NCBI GenBank assembly: GCA_040954595.2
Contig: CM082596.2
Span: 2,842,656-2,906,655 of the forward strand
Source of the DNA: Balanoglossus misakiensis
Lineage: Eukaryota > Animalia > Hemichordata
Length of the DNA stretch: 64,000 nucleotides
Direction of reading: 5' to 3'
In this document: piece by piece, positions 52,601-64,000 of the stretch
Position numbering within the stretch: position 1 is the stretch's first letter
Layout: each line of letters opens with the position of its first letter
The notes under the pieces: generated by a model
Told to the model about the DNA's origin: nothing
What the model saw: the letters and a program-made list of their open reading frames with translations, nothing else
Database searches by the model: none
Made by a program: the position numbers and the translations under genes

Positions 52601-55600
52601 TGAAGACCATGTATGCTTGCAGTCTAATGTCTGAACACCGTTGCCCATAGTACTCCGATCATGTAACATCAATTGCGACAATCGTAAGCTTTGATGCACA
52701 TGTACATGGCATGTGCTTTATTATCCTGCGGGAACATTCTTATTAAGAAGGCTTCTCTTTCCCTAAGTGCGATGTACAATGTAAGTAGTGCGAGGGGAAA
52801 GCCATCTTTTGATGTAATTTCGGTTTGGACGTGCGAATTATAATCTTACCCATGCCAATACCATTTGTTTGCAGTTCAATTTGTCTTGCTTCAAATCAGT
52901 CCAGATATGAAGCCCATTATTCACTGTGTCGTGATCATCATCTTGGATTTGACATTTGACTTTGATGGCTTCCTTGTCATAGTTGATGATATTTTGGAAG
53001 TCAACAAAGTCACTGTGTTATTTCCACTTGATTGTGTATTTTATAGCCATTGGTCGTATACTATTAATTTTAGCAGTGCAAAATTAACTATATACGCAAG
53101 AGCAAAAGCCATTTGTAAGCTGGTATTTTTCTCAGGGTGGGTAATGGATATTCACGCACCCTGGGTATCAGTTTCATTTGTGAATTGTTTGTTTGCCAAC
53201 CACAGAAATAATTGGACAAAGGGCAGGTCCTCTCTCTGCCACACTAGTGATTGGAAAAGACTGTAATGAAACAATCCAAAAACGCACCAAAGATTTAGAC
53301 TTCAATTTTGAAAATGCATACTTTGTCAGATGACATGCAGTCATCAATAATGAAAAGTCTGCTTTCTCGCTGTAATTTAACTAGCTAGGCATAAAGCCCG
53401 GCTGATTATGGAGTACAGCCTGTATCCGGTTTAATTTCATATAATGGGATCATGTCTTTTGATAGCACCATCATGTAAGGCACTGACTTAATACAGAGAT
53501 ACAGGTCTTGAAATTATTTCAACAATATCAAAGAGCTTTTGCCTTGTTGCAGCATAAATAGCTTTTCCAATGAGACAAAAATAACTAAAATATTTCTAGA
53601 AGATGGGAGTCTTTTGCCTGGGGCCTTAAATCCAATTTTCTATCCCTGGATCCTTGCGTAAGGTGTATACATTTACATCATGGTAATTATTGGGTGAAGG
53701 TTTTGTTATAGGCTAAGGGCGAGGGCATTTAAAGTTCTCGAATCTCAGATGTTTTAACCTGTTCCTCCCAATAGCTGTTGCAGCCCAATAGCCAGTAGTG
53801 GGAGGGGAGGATACCCTGCTTCTGGACCCGCCCTCAATCCTCTTCTGACGTTGCTAGGGGGTACCTTTTGGTCATACTGACCCCCTAGGTAATCATTCTA
53901 ATGTACTGACCTGACTTGTCATTGTTGACAGTGATGATCTAACCTTGTGTTGAAGTGTTATGTCTGGAGGACCACATTCTTCAGCAGTGTTCTCCCCTGC
54001 AAGAATTCAAGACTATAGGCCACCGCCTTTTAATTTTGGCAAGACTAACACATTTTCCTGTCCCTTTGACATAGAACCACATGTTAAAAGAACATCTATA
54101 AAACCGGACAGTGACCATGTTGTAATGAACATATAAAGTTTCTTATCAGCGGATAGGACTCTCAAATATTACGAACAGAATTGGCATTTGAACATGGATG
54201 TGAAAGCGAGCGTATTTTCCGCATATTGGCCTGTACTGCATGGATCAAAGTGATAATTTGGGTCCCTGTGGGTTATCCATGTGACAGGCATTCATATTTA
54301 TGTAAACAGAGTCTTCTTTGTACATCACCTTTGCTGATTGTCATTACTAGAAGTCTATTGTTGGGTACGGGAATTCCACCTGAGAAAAGTAACTTCATGT
54401 AGATTTAGTAGACCTTTTGCTCTGAAAGATTGCAAGCTGAGCGTTTCTTTTACGTGTACAGTGAACGCTCATAAGTACTCTGAACAGCGTGAATTTGCAG
54501 CTGACTTGTATCAGTTTAAAAGAGGTCACATCAATGTAGTACCCACTGAATAAAACAAATATGCCGTAATTATACTCACATTTCCCTGTCCGCATTTAAT
54601 TCCCAGTCTGGCTATTGCAATTCGCTAATTTTGCTGGTACTATTTAAAAGCGAAAATATTCAGATTTGCGTTGGAATCTGACAGTTGCCACTGATGAATT
54701 TGTATCGGGAAATAATCATCTAAGGTGTATTTAATCCAAATTAATCAAATAGGCAGATAAAGAATTAAAAATGCGTTGCTTTTCCAGAGTTTAACTCTTC
54801 CATAGGAGTTGAACCAGATTCATTCTGTGAATAACGTGAAGATAGTTTGAAACCAACTGAATATTCTCATTAGTGACACGTTTCATGTACTTATACCGAG
54901 TACGTGTGAATTTCTAGAATGTGTTTGCGTGCATGTGTTGATGTACACGTAGATGACTTGTGTTATCTGTTGTAATTAAAGAACAGTTTGGTGTCATCTA
55001 TAAATTGAAACATCTCCAACTCTTTGAATATTGTGATGTTATTCAAACTCACTCACTGCAAACCGCGTGCTATGCATGTTCATGTCATACCCTCAGGCTC
55101 TCTGTAAGAAACATTGTCAGAGGCATTTTGCAGACATGCCTTCGCTGATTCCATTCCTCCATGATTTCCTTCATACACGGTTACTAGAAGAAGACGGTTA
55201 GGAAACTCTATTGTTCGGAAGGTGTGAACGAGGTGTTAGCTAGGAGAGTACATGTCCAAACCGCTACGCGCGTTGATGACGTCACAGCTTGGGTTTGTGG
55301 CGTGGGTACGCTCTGGTGTGTTCCGGCACATTCCAGAAATTGCAGCCAAGAGAAGTGGATTTTATCGCTTGAACAGATCGTACTGTTGGGTGAACGTCTT
55401 TTCTATTCTACGATGGGTATTTCATACAGATTCTTCCAGTTCTGAGGTCAAATTCTTGATTGTGTTTTATGATGTCTAAATCATAAGAGCCTGATGGGGA
55501 CTTAGGATGACCTAGCTAATTTTTGAACCCCTTCAACTGCCCTTTTTCGTCAAGAGTACATAGTCATTTTTTTTTTACGAGTTCCATATTTGCTTACGGA

Positions 55601-58600
55601 GTGCACGGTCATAGTCTGTTCGGGTTCGGGCACTCTGTAACCGCGATATCACTGCCCGTTCCGAGTGTTCCAATATTTCATTTTCTATCAACGTTTCTTG
55701 GGCTGGTTAACTATAAGTCCGTCACCGAAACAAAATTTCGTCTGATTACTACTCTATCAGTTACCATATGGTAGACTGTTATCTTTCGGCTTGGAAATTT
55801 ACATTTTATATGGTTTAGTGGAAGCAAACGCACCAAACGCCGTGAATTAAAATAGTGGTCGTGAAAAGGACATTATTCCAAGATTCAAAATGGCGTCGAA
55901 TTTCGAACCCGTAGAATTCAACTCTGATGGTCGCATTTCTGTTATTTTTTAATATATTTATATATTTTACTCCTTTTTGTAGTGCATGGGCTATTTCGTT
56001 AATTCCATGTGGCATATTTCGTCGAGATTTCATACGCATTTCGATAACCGTAGTAACATTGATGTATGGCGGCCATCTTGTTTGTTTTGGTTCGCATCGA
56101 ATCTCTAGGGCTTGATTCAAGACAAATATTGTATGGCTTCACCACGTCCTTGAAAGTTCAAAATTGAGTATGGTTTGCATTGGATTGTGGGGGGAATGAC
56201 GTCATTTTTACCGAGCGGTCAGTTATTCTGTCTGTTTATTCGTACGGCCAGGCTCGTTAGCACCTGATATCTTTCGTTTACACTAAGTGTTTACCGAGGC
56301 GAGCATCTAACAATGGAGAAAAAATAGTTTCCTAACCGTCTTCTTCTAGTAACCGTGCTTCATATAATTATACTTTCATGGAAGATAAATATTGAAATCA
56401 AACAAAGGGAAATGACTTTTATGAAGTATGGTTATTCCGTTAAGCAAACATGGACCATTTCGTAAACTTGTATAATCAGGAATATAATTTTCAATGTTTT
56501 TCATGTGATGCTTTGCAATCCACAGCAGCTGTTCTTTGCCAACAAAATTTCCCTCCTGAGAGGAACGACCTGGCATACTGTAAACTAGCGTCGTTTCAAC
56601 GCCCTAGCAGTTACTTTCCCAGTAAGGGCCAGACGTAGGTACCATTCTTCCAGCAGAGGCCTGATTTGTTGTCGAAGTCTGCCAAAGGCCAGCTCTTGAG
56701 ACAAAAATACCACTAAGCCAAGACGCAGTCATCTGTTGTTACAATAATTAATGCCTTCTTAAGGAAGAGACTGGGGGAAATCGACCATGGCAACATTAAC
56801 CATGCCTGCCTGATTGATATTGCATTATGGGAAGGCATATTTAATAAACTGTGGAAATGTATGGTAATTTTCTATAAAATATTAGCCCTGGAGAGGTCTG
56901 GTAGATAGACTGAAGCCGGGAATAATTGATGAATAAGTCAGAGCCAGCTATCTGCAGTAAATGAGGGCACCTGTCTTTGTCAATGAATTGTAAATAATTC
57001 ATGGTGGGGAATGCAGGATTTTTTCCCCTTCACTTTACTGTCTGATTTTTTAAAAGCCTGTACTTCAATCATGGCAGCTTTGTGATAGACTTGCGGGCTG
57101 TGGAGTATAACGTGAATACATTATTCTGTCCGAAAATGGCATATCCTTTACAATGTACGCCTGCATATTTTTCGCCCGGAGACCGTGTGAGAATATGCAT
57201 ACAAAGGGGTAGCAAATTAGACAAGCCATCAAAACAAGATTTATCACAAGAGCTATGCCATTTACACTGTAAGTACAGGTGGTCTTTGTTATACAGTGTC
57301 AGCTTCTCGGGAAGAAAACCCCAGCTATTGATGCGAACCTACGATTGTTAAATTGCATGATGTTTGAATTTCTAACCCAAACAGCTGCTCAGGCGAGCCA
57401 AATTGCTTAAAATTGATGTCGTCAAAAAGAATTTAAGATATCCACTCCCCAGAAGCACATGGCTAGATGGCAAATTTGCACAACCATTTCAAAACTTTCA
57501 CCCCTTCTTTTGCGCGTAGAGGTCCGACTTCAAAGATATAACAATAGATTTGGATCAACAATGGCGGTCAAAGGGTCAAGTCAAGCATGTGAAATTAAAC
57601 CCCTTTGTCTGCAATCATTTTATACAGGTTTACAGATAATTACATAATGGTGTGAAAAGTGAAGATAATTAAAATCATAAAAAATGAGGGTTTAAAAATT
57701 TGCCTAATATATGTGATTTGTATTCACTCTGCGTAATGTTAACTTGTCTGTGTTGCTCTATCACCATATGCTAACGTTGATGTCATAAAAAATCATTGGT
57801 GTTATTCAGAAGTGATATGTATGGACAAGTGTTTGATACAGATTGATAGAGCTCGTTGAGTATGGCCATGAAAGTTACCTTGCATTAATTTTTCATAGTC
57901 ATGTTTCACTGACAAGTCCGATCTTCAGGCTTAATTCCAAGAGTGAATATGTTTGGATTGCCAACAGAAGTAACAGTTTATGTTGTTGTATTGCGCTGAT
58001 GCTTGTTGCAGTTAAATGCTGCAGGTGTTGAATTGTATTGTTGTCGGTCATGTCAAACATTTCCCTGTAGGTATTTAGCAAATCACAATTCTAATTCCGA
58101 TCTATGGTGTACTGCTAATGTCGCAGTGTTTGAGTGATTATGGACTGAAAATAGGGTGATGGAGTCGCGGGCAAGTGTGTTGATGTAAATTTCAATGGTG
58201 TTGGCGACACGTGGCACACAGTTAAGCTCAATCTTCAGTATTATTATTCATGAATTCCAAACAAATTATGGCATTAAAGTTTGCAGCAAAATACTCATTA
58301 TCTTACACATTATAACAGATTGATATCACCGTGCTTCGCATTATTACAAGTCATCATGGCTCTCACAGAATTGATTTTGCATCTCCAGACGGTTAAGACT
58401 TTAGTCCGCCTACGCTGAGGGCTGAGAATTCCTCTGCAAGGCCTTATAGCTGATTGCCTTTCTTTGTGTGCTGTATCATATTAATCGCGGAACTTGCGGC
58501 TGTATCCACACCCCCCCCCCTTCATTTCAAGCCATGTGACGAGTCAAGTAAGGTCAGAGGTCATTAACCGGGTACCAGGCAAAGGGTACGTTTCTTGTGA

Positions 58601-60187
58601 CGTCGTCTCTCTCATACGAGAGAAGAGAAAGCAGTGATCGGTCCAGGTGTGACATTGAAGTTGTTTGTATAAGATAATTAAATTTAGCCAGTAATAAATT
58701 ATTACATTTATGTTAGGGAGGAGAGTTAAGTCATCAAATTGATCTAGAACAAATCAATTTATGTAATAAATATTTTTATATGAAACAAAGGAAATTAACA
58801 CTATGTGAATGGTTAGTGTCTGCGAGAATTAATATCGAACCTAGCACCTATAACCTGTGAATATTATACACACAAGCTGTGATTGAACAGTGTTTGTTAC
58901 GGAAGGTTATATCATATGGTTTGCCTGAGTGACACATATTATCGCAGACATGTCCGAGGAAAGGAATGTAATCACTTGTGGATGCAATGGGCACTGTAAT
59001 GCTGACAGTTAGTGATTAGGAAGTAAATGGAATAGTCACCAATCCCAACTGGAATGAAGAAGTGCATTATCCTGTTTGCAATTTAATTCTGTCATCATGC
59101 AGTTCCGCAGACTGCGAGTGTGAAAGAAATGCTCTATTAAATCCTTGGAACAGTCCGGCCATTGAAACCTACATGTATGGTTTGATGTTGATTTTTCAGT
59201 CTCGATATTATCACTGCACGAGGTGTCAGTCAGTACAAGAAGCTAGCTCTTGGAGTGGAAGTTTAACCTTACCCCCTACCCCCTCCCCCCCCCCTCTCGT
59301 ATATGAATCAAACTTGTCCATTCTACAGAATCGTATCACAATCACACGGCAAGTTCCTGTCCCCCTCATCTTGACTGTCTCCTGCAATGCAGGGAGGGGC
59401 AGTTGACAACATTGACGACTAACCATCCATATCAGATTAAGAGAAAAATATCTCAGAAAGATTATGGTGATTGAGTTTTACTTGGTCTAAAGGGTAACAA
59501 GTAAGCTGGCAATGTCTTTGGATGTGTCTAACTGGTTAGATTCCCATTGGGACTTAATGTGATTGTCTGCCTTTCACTTGGAATGCAATCCTACATCTCA
59601 CCTGAGCAGTATCATTGCGCCAAACGACAAATCTTCCAATAAAATAGTCGGGGTTCTCCCCATAAAATTATCAAGGCATAGTTTAGTGAAAATAAGTCTG
59701 AGAGGGGAATCTTCTTCACTGGTAGTCACTAATAACTCGCAGTGAATTGTGTGGGAAAAATGTAATAATATAATGCCTATCTATGAAGATATCAAGAATG
59801 TAAATGACAGAAACATTTCTCTAATGATATTTTAACATGTTATTTTTCATTCATATCCATTATTTAGGTTTTATGATCTGCTCAAATTTAAACGCTATAA
59901 TGTGTTAACATCAAATAATAAGAACACCGTTTTAGTGCAGGGTCACTTGTGGTTGTCGCATGAAGTATGTGTAATTGAGTTACAAGCTTGGTAGTTTTGA
60001 AGAAAGATGCCTGTAGAATTTAAATTCATTTCATGGATAAAAATAACCCATCACCATGTACCATTATATGGATTTTTTGGGGTGCATTTTACTGGGGTGT
60101 GTTATATATTGTCTGCAGAAATGCGTCATTGGATGTGAACTAAAATGATTATTAGAACTCCATTCATCTTGTTCAGATCAAAGATTT

Positions 60188-60206
60188 GAGAGAGAGAGAG
60201 AGAGAG
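60188..60206. repeat. (GA)n dinucleotide microsatellite
   Basis: Directly visible. Confidence 0.85.
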
Positions 60207-61958
60207 AAACGACCTGGAAATGTACATAAGCTTTTATGTACATGAAATGTGATTGAAAAGGCTAATATGCACACCACACTGGACATCCTTGTCTGACACG
60301 CTGAATACTGATCTAAAAAGATGATTTGTTCGTATGTGGTGTGTAACGTATACGCTCAAGTAGTGAGTTATTTCTGAGCGTTGTCACCTGTGGTATTTCA
60401 AGACTGATAAAACGCCTGAAAAGAGAGGATTTATGGTCATTTAAACCAAGTGGATATCACAAGGAATGATGTAGGTCATACACTGTTATAGACATCAAGG
60501 CGGGTGATGGAAGTCAGTGCAGTAATGTGACTCAAGTGATATCACAGTTGATTGAATTATGATTTAATTTATGCTTTGTTAGACAGAGAAATCATCTACT
60601 GTGAATGCTTTTCATCCAGTGTATTTGATAGATGTAATGTGATAGATGTAATATTTTAAAGGGAAAGGGCTCTTTCAGGGTCAAACATATAGATTTCAGA
60701 TATTTCTATGGGTTATTTTATACCTACAGTACAGCCAAATATTTGAAAAAGGTACTTGAAAAAATGCTGTTGCATGGTTGGATTTTAAGCAGAATTTAAG
60801 GGCGACTATGCCATCGAAGCAAGTTCGTGCAGAAGAGTGAAAGGTTTCCCTGCAGAGTGATTGTCACATTACAGCATTTTATTGTTTCAGTGCGTCCTTG
60901 GTTATCAGGTAAGTGTAGATATCAAGTAGATAAGGACCACAGTGATTACAGTGTCATCCGGCATGATATAGTCTGTCCACATAAAATGGGAAAAGGCAGC
61001 AAGTGTATCATACACTTCCTAAATTGGACTAATCATTGCTATATTAAAATTTAGTGAAATTCCAGAGAGGTATTAGTGAAGTCAGGTTGGAAATTTAGAA
61101 AGATGACAAGGTACAGGTGTACAGTTTTCTACTGCTCCCCCCTCTCTCTCTCTCCACAATCATTCCTAGAAATTGACCTTTTGATCTAAAAATGGAAATA
61201 TGACTAGAAAAACTCCCAGACCGTTGAATTACTGAAGATATGAACCCTGAAATCCTGAAAGGTGATGGTTTGATTCTATTAATTTCCGACACTTCTGGTA
61301 AATTGTTTAGCATGAAATTTCGATCTTGAATGTGCGATACCGAAATCAAAATCTGGGAGTGCATTCAGTGTCCCTTTCAGGTTGTGACAGATGAGTGCAT
61401 GCATACATGGTGGAAGTCTGAAAGTGGATATAAATCAAAGAGACAAGTACAGCGTGTAGTAGGTGCTGGCTGTGAATAAACAGCTGTTGAGTTGTCTTTG
61501 AATAGATGATATGAGAGCCTGTTTAGATGGCGATTCTGGCAAAATACATTATCAATCAAAGGCTGTATAGTGTATTCTGCGAGTCCTTACGGTCATTAAA
61601 TTAAGAATTTATTCGGTCGCATGAGAGATCTCATTTTCTCATATTAGCGGTGTTTACCTGGATGTACAAGTATGCTAAATAAATGTTCATTTATAGAGGA
61701 ATGGTGGACTGGGGCAGCTTGTTTTCTCGCTTTTGACAGAAAACCCCATGGCTATATAGGTGACGTTAGTATGTTACCTACATAGCCAAGGGTAATTTGA
61801 CATGCCTGTGTTTCTTAGAGAAAATCAAGACAACGTGATTGCTTCAGTATTAGCGATGCAGTGTGCCTTTATAAAAAGACTTGCGTTAATATTAAATTTG
61901 CTCTCTCGTATTGTCTGTACATGCCCAATCCTTGCACTAAATAGTGATTGTGGTATTT

Positions 61959-62020
61959 GTTTTCTCAAAAATGTTTCTTTGATCGTAGTTTTCACAAAAA
62001 TGTTTCTTTGATCATGGTTT
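61959..62020. repeat. About 29-bp tandem duplication (GTTTTC-CAAAAATGTTTCTTTGATC)
   Basis: Two near-identical adjacent copies. Confidence 0.8.
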
Positions 62021-63020
62021 TGTTTGTACCATACCCAGCGGAGTGGTTTTAGAAATACAGTACAACTTTAAACAGCTGTGACACTGTCCCTGTAATTGGG
62101 TCACCACAGTCGGTCCATGTTTCTATTCTTGTTTGTCAAGCTGCCTTTACTAATTCAGATTATCCGATCACAGAATATATATCCTGAAAGAAATATGCAA
62201 GCATTCACACTTTATATACGCAGCCAGCCTCAAATTAATTCTGTCTACTTTGTAATGAACATACATCTGTTAAGGTTTATTGCACCAAATGATTACATCT
62301 ACTGGTCTAGTGACGATAATTAATAAAAGTCAGTTAATTAGGAAATAAAAATGTGTAAATTAAATATTAATTTTTGGAAAGGGTTGCTGAAAATTTTCAA
62401 AGTGGTGGTTTCTTAATCACCATTGCAAGGCACTCAAGCTAACCTTACCAGCAATTTACTCGACATAAAGTCAACCCAGTTTTTCAAGTGTAAAGCTTTT
62501 TGAAAGATGTTTGTCGTATTGAAACACACAAAAATCTATTCCCAACCATATCGTGTTTCATTGGAACACAAAAGTGTCTGTATGTAGGAATACGCTGGAG
62601 TTTTACACTCTTGATTTTCGATGGCCTGGTTATCCACACCATTCACTTATTTTTGTCGGCCGATCATGGTACTTTGCAAACGAATTTGCCACCCAGTTCA
62701 GGTGTCGTCTGATCGAGGGACGTTGTTCCAATGAGAATTCAGCAACTGAAAGAGGGCTGTGTGTTTCCGTATGAGGCTATCAAGGAGAGCCCCCCTCGAG
62801 CAGCGGTCATGCATCAACCAGCACTTGCCCGTACACTTCTACTCATGAAGATGATGTAGTGGTTTCTGAATAAGGGGACAGTTTGCCTGAAGGATAAGCT
62901 TCTCGTTTGTCACCCCAGTTTCACTTAATGAAGTTAGTACCTTGTATTCTTGCTGCTTGTGGTCAAGTGAAAATAATTGTTCCTTCCATAGAATAAGCAA
63001 AATTATAATACTACTGCATG

Positions 63021-63133
63021 CTGTATTCTATACAGTAGTGTTACAATACATCTCTGTATTTATACAGTACATACAATCCATTTCTGTATTCATACAGTAC
63101 ATACAATACAGTTCTACATGTATGTACAGTGCA
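63021..63133. repeat. About 30-bp tandem minisatellite (TACAATACATCTCTGTATTTATACAGTACA), about 3.5 degenerate copies
   Basis: Directly visible. Confidence 0.8.
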
Positions 63134-64000
63134 TGGGGTCCCAATACAGCTGAAATGTTCATATACAGATTTAATGGAGGAAGATAATAATGGTGTTTTA
63201 CACAAAATATGGCAACTCATGCTTCATACACAAAGTATTGTATAAGCATATGGCTTTATCTGCTGCACAACTCACAGATCCCTGGCCATATTTTGTGAAT
63301 AACTTCACATGAATTAACTTCATCAAATGTATGTTATACCAATTGGAGCTTATGAGGTCACTTAACATCTTTCATCTGTAAATGTCCACATGTCCATCTT
63401 CTCCATGTTTCCTGCAAGGCAAGATGGAAAGAGGAATTTCACCAAGGAAATGTGATCCTGTCCTCTCTTGTAGCCACATAGTTGTAATCAATAACAGTCG
63501 TATAATTAATTAATCATATCACTATTGATGTAACTTGCTGTCAAAGAGACTGCATTATTTTGAAATAGACTCTTCAACCATTCGCGATCGCTAGAATCAA
63601 GTTGGCTATTCCGCGGTTGAAATGACATCAGTTCGCTGCTAATAAATCCTGATGGGGGGAATTTATTGTTGTCGTATCATGCCAATTATTGTTCATACTG
63701 TGATACAATGAGTGGCTGGCTTTATGTCGTCTTGGTAACCTCAGTGTAGTTTCATTTCTTGATGTGCCTGACAGAGTATTTTTTGTCCGCTCGTCATGCA
63801 GCCATTTGCTTATAAATTATTTAAGATTATGAAGAGGCAGAAAGAGTCATTTAATTGCTCAGGGGTTTGTGAGCAATAGAAAAACAATTAAAGACAAACC
63901 ATGAATAGCAAACAAATAAAATAATATATCAACAATAATAGGCTGGTTCTGATTTTGTTATCCTCGGCATAGTATTTAAAGGCGTTAATCTTTCAAATAT

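Noticed and set aside
55815-56120. CpG-rich patch with AAAATGGCG / GCCATCTT motifs; possible MITE or internal promoter
   Set aside because: No defined termini or TSD, and the ORFs lack any domain signal.

Overview
Eukaryotic (invertebrate animal-like), AT-rich, intron-rich genomic DNA. Five protein-coding genes can be rebuilt from GT-AG exons with consistent phases. (1) ODAD4/TTC25, a TPR docking-complex subunit (+, 2008-7894, about 580 aa). (2) PRMT2, an SH3-containing arginine methyltransferase (-, 9496-12441, about 472 aa). (3) A CNPase-family PNK-like/2H-phosphodiesterase (+, 13195-16075, about 548 aa), head-to-head with PRMT2. (4) A front-end (FADS1/2-like) fatty acid desaturase (-, 18332-36535, about 434 aa, 14.7 kb first intron). 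(5) The first two coding exons of a class III E2 enzyme, UBE2E (+, 41525-42219); no further exon was recognised in the remaining 21.8 kb. Also present are a TTAA-flanked Kolobok-like MITE, several microsatellites and tandem repeats, and many RFX X-box-like motifs. The most notable observations are a CNPase with an N-terminal membrane anchor instead of a CaaX tail and an apparently intact kinase DxxR motif, ODAD4-CNP linkage as in human 17q21, and a duplicated alternative first exon plus a polyQ cassette exon hidden in ODAD4 introns. All identifications come from motif recognition by eye; no database search was run.
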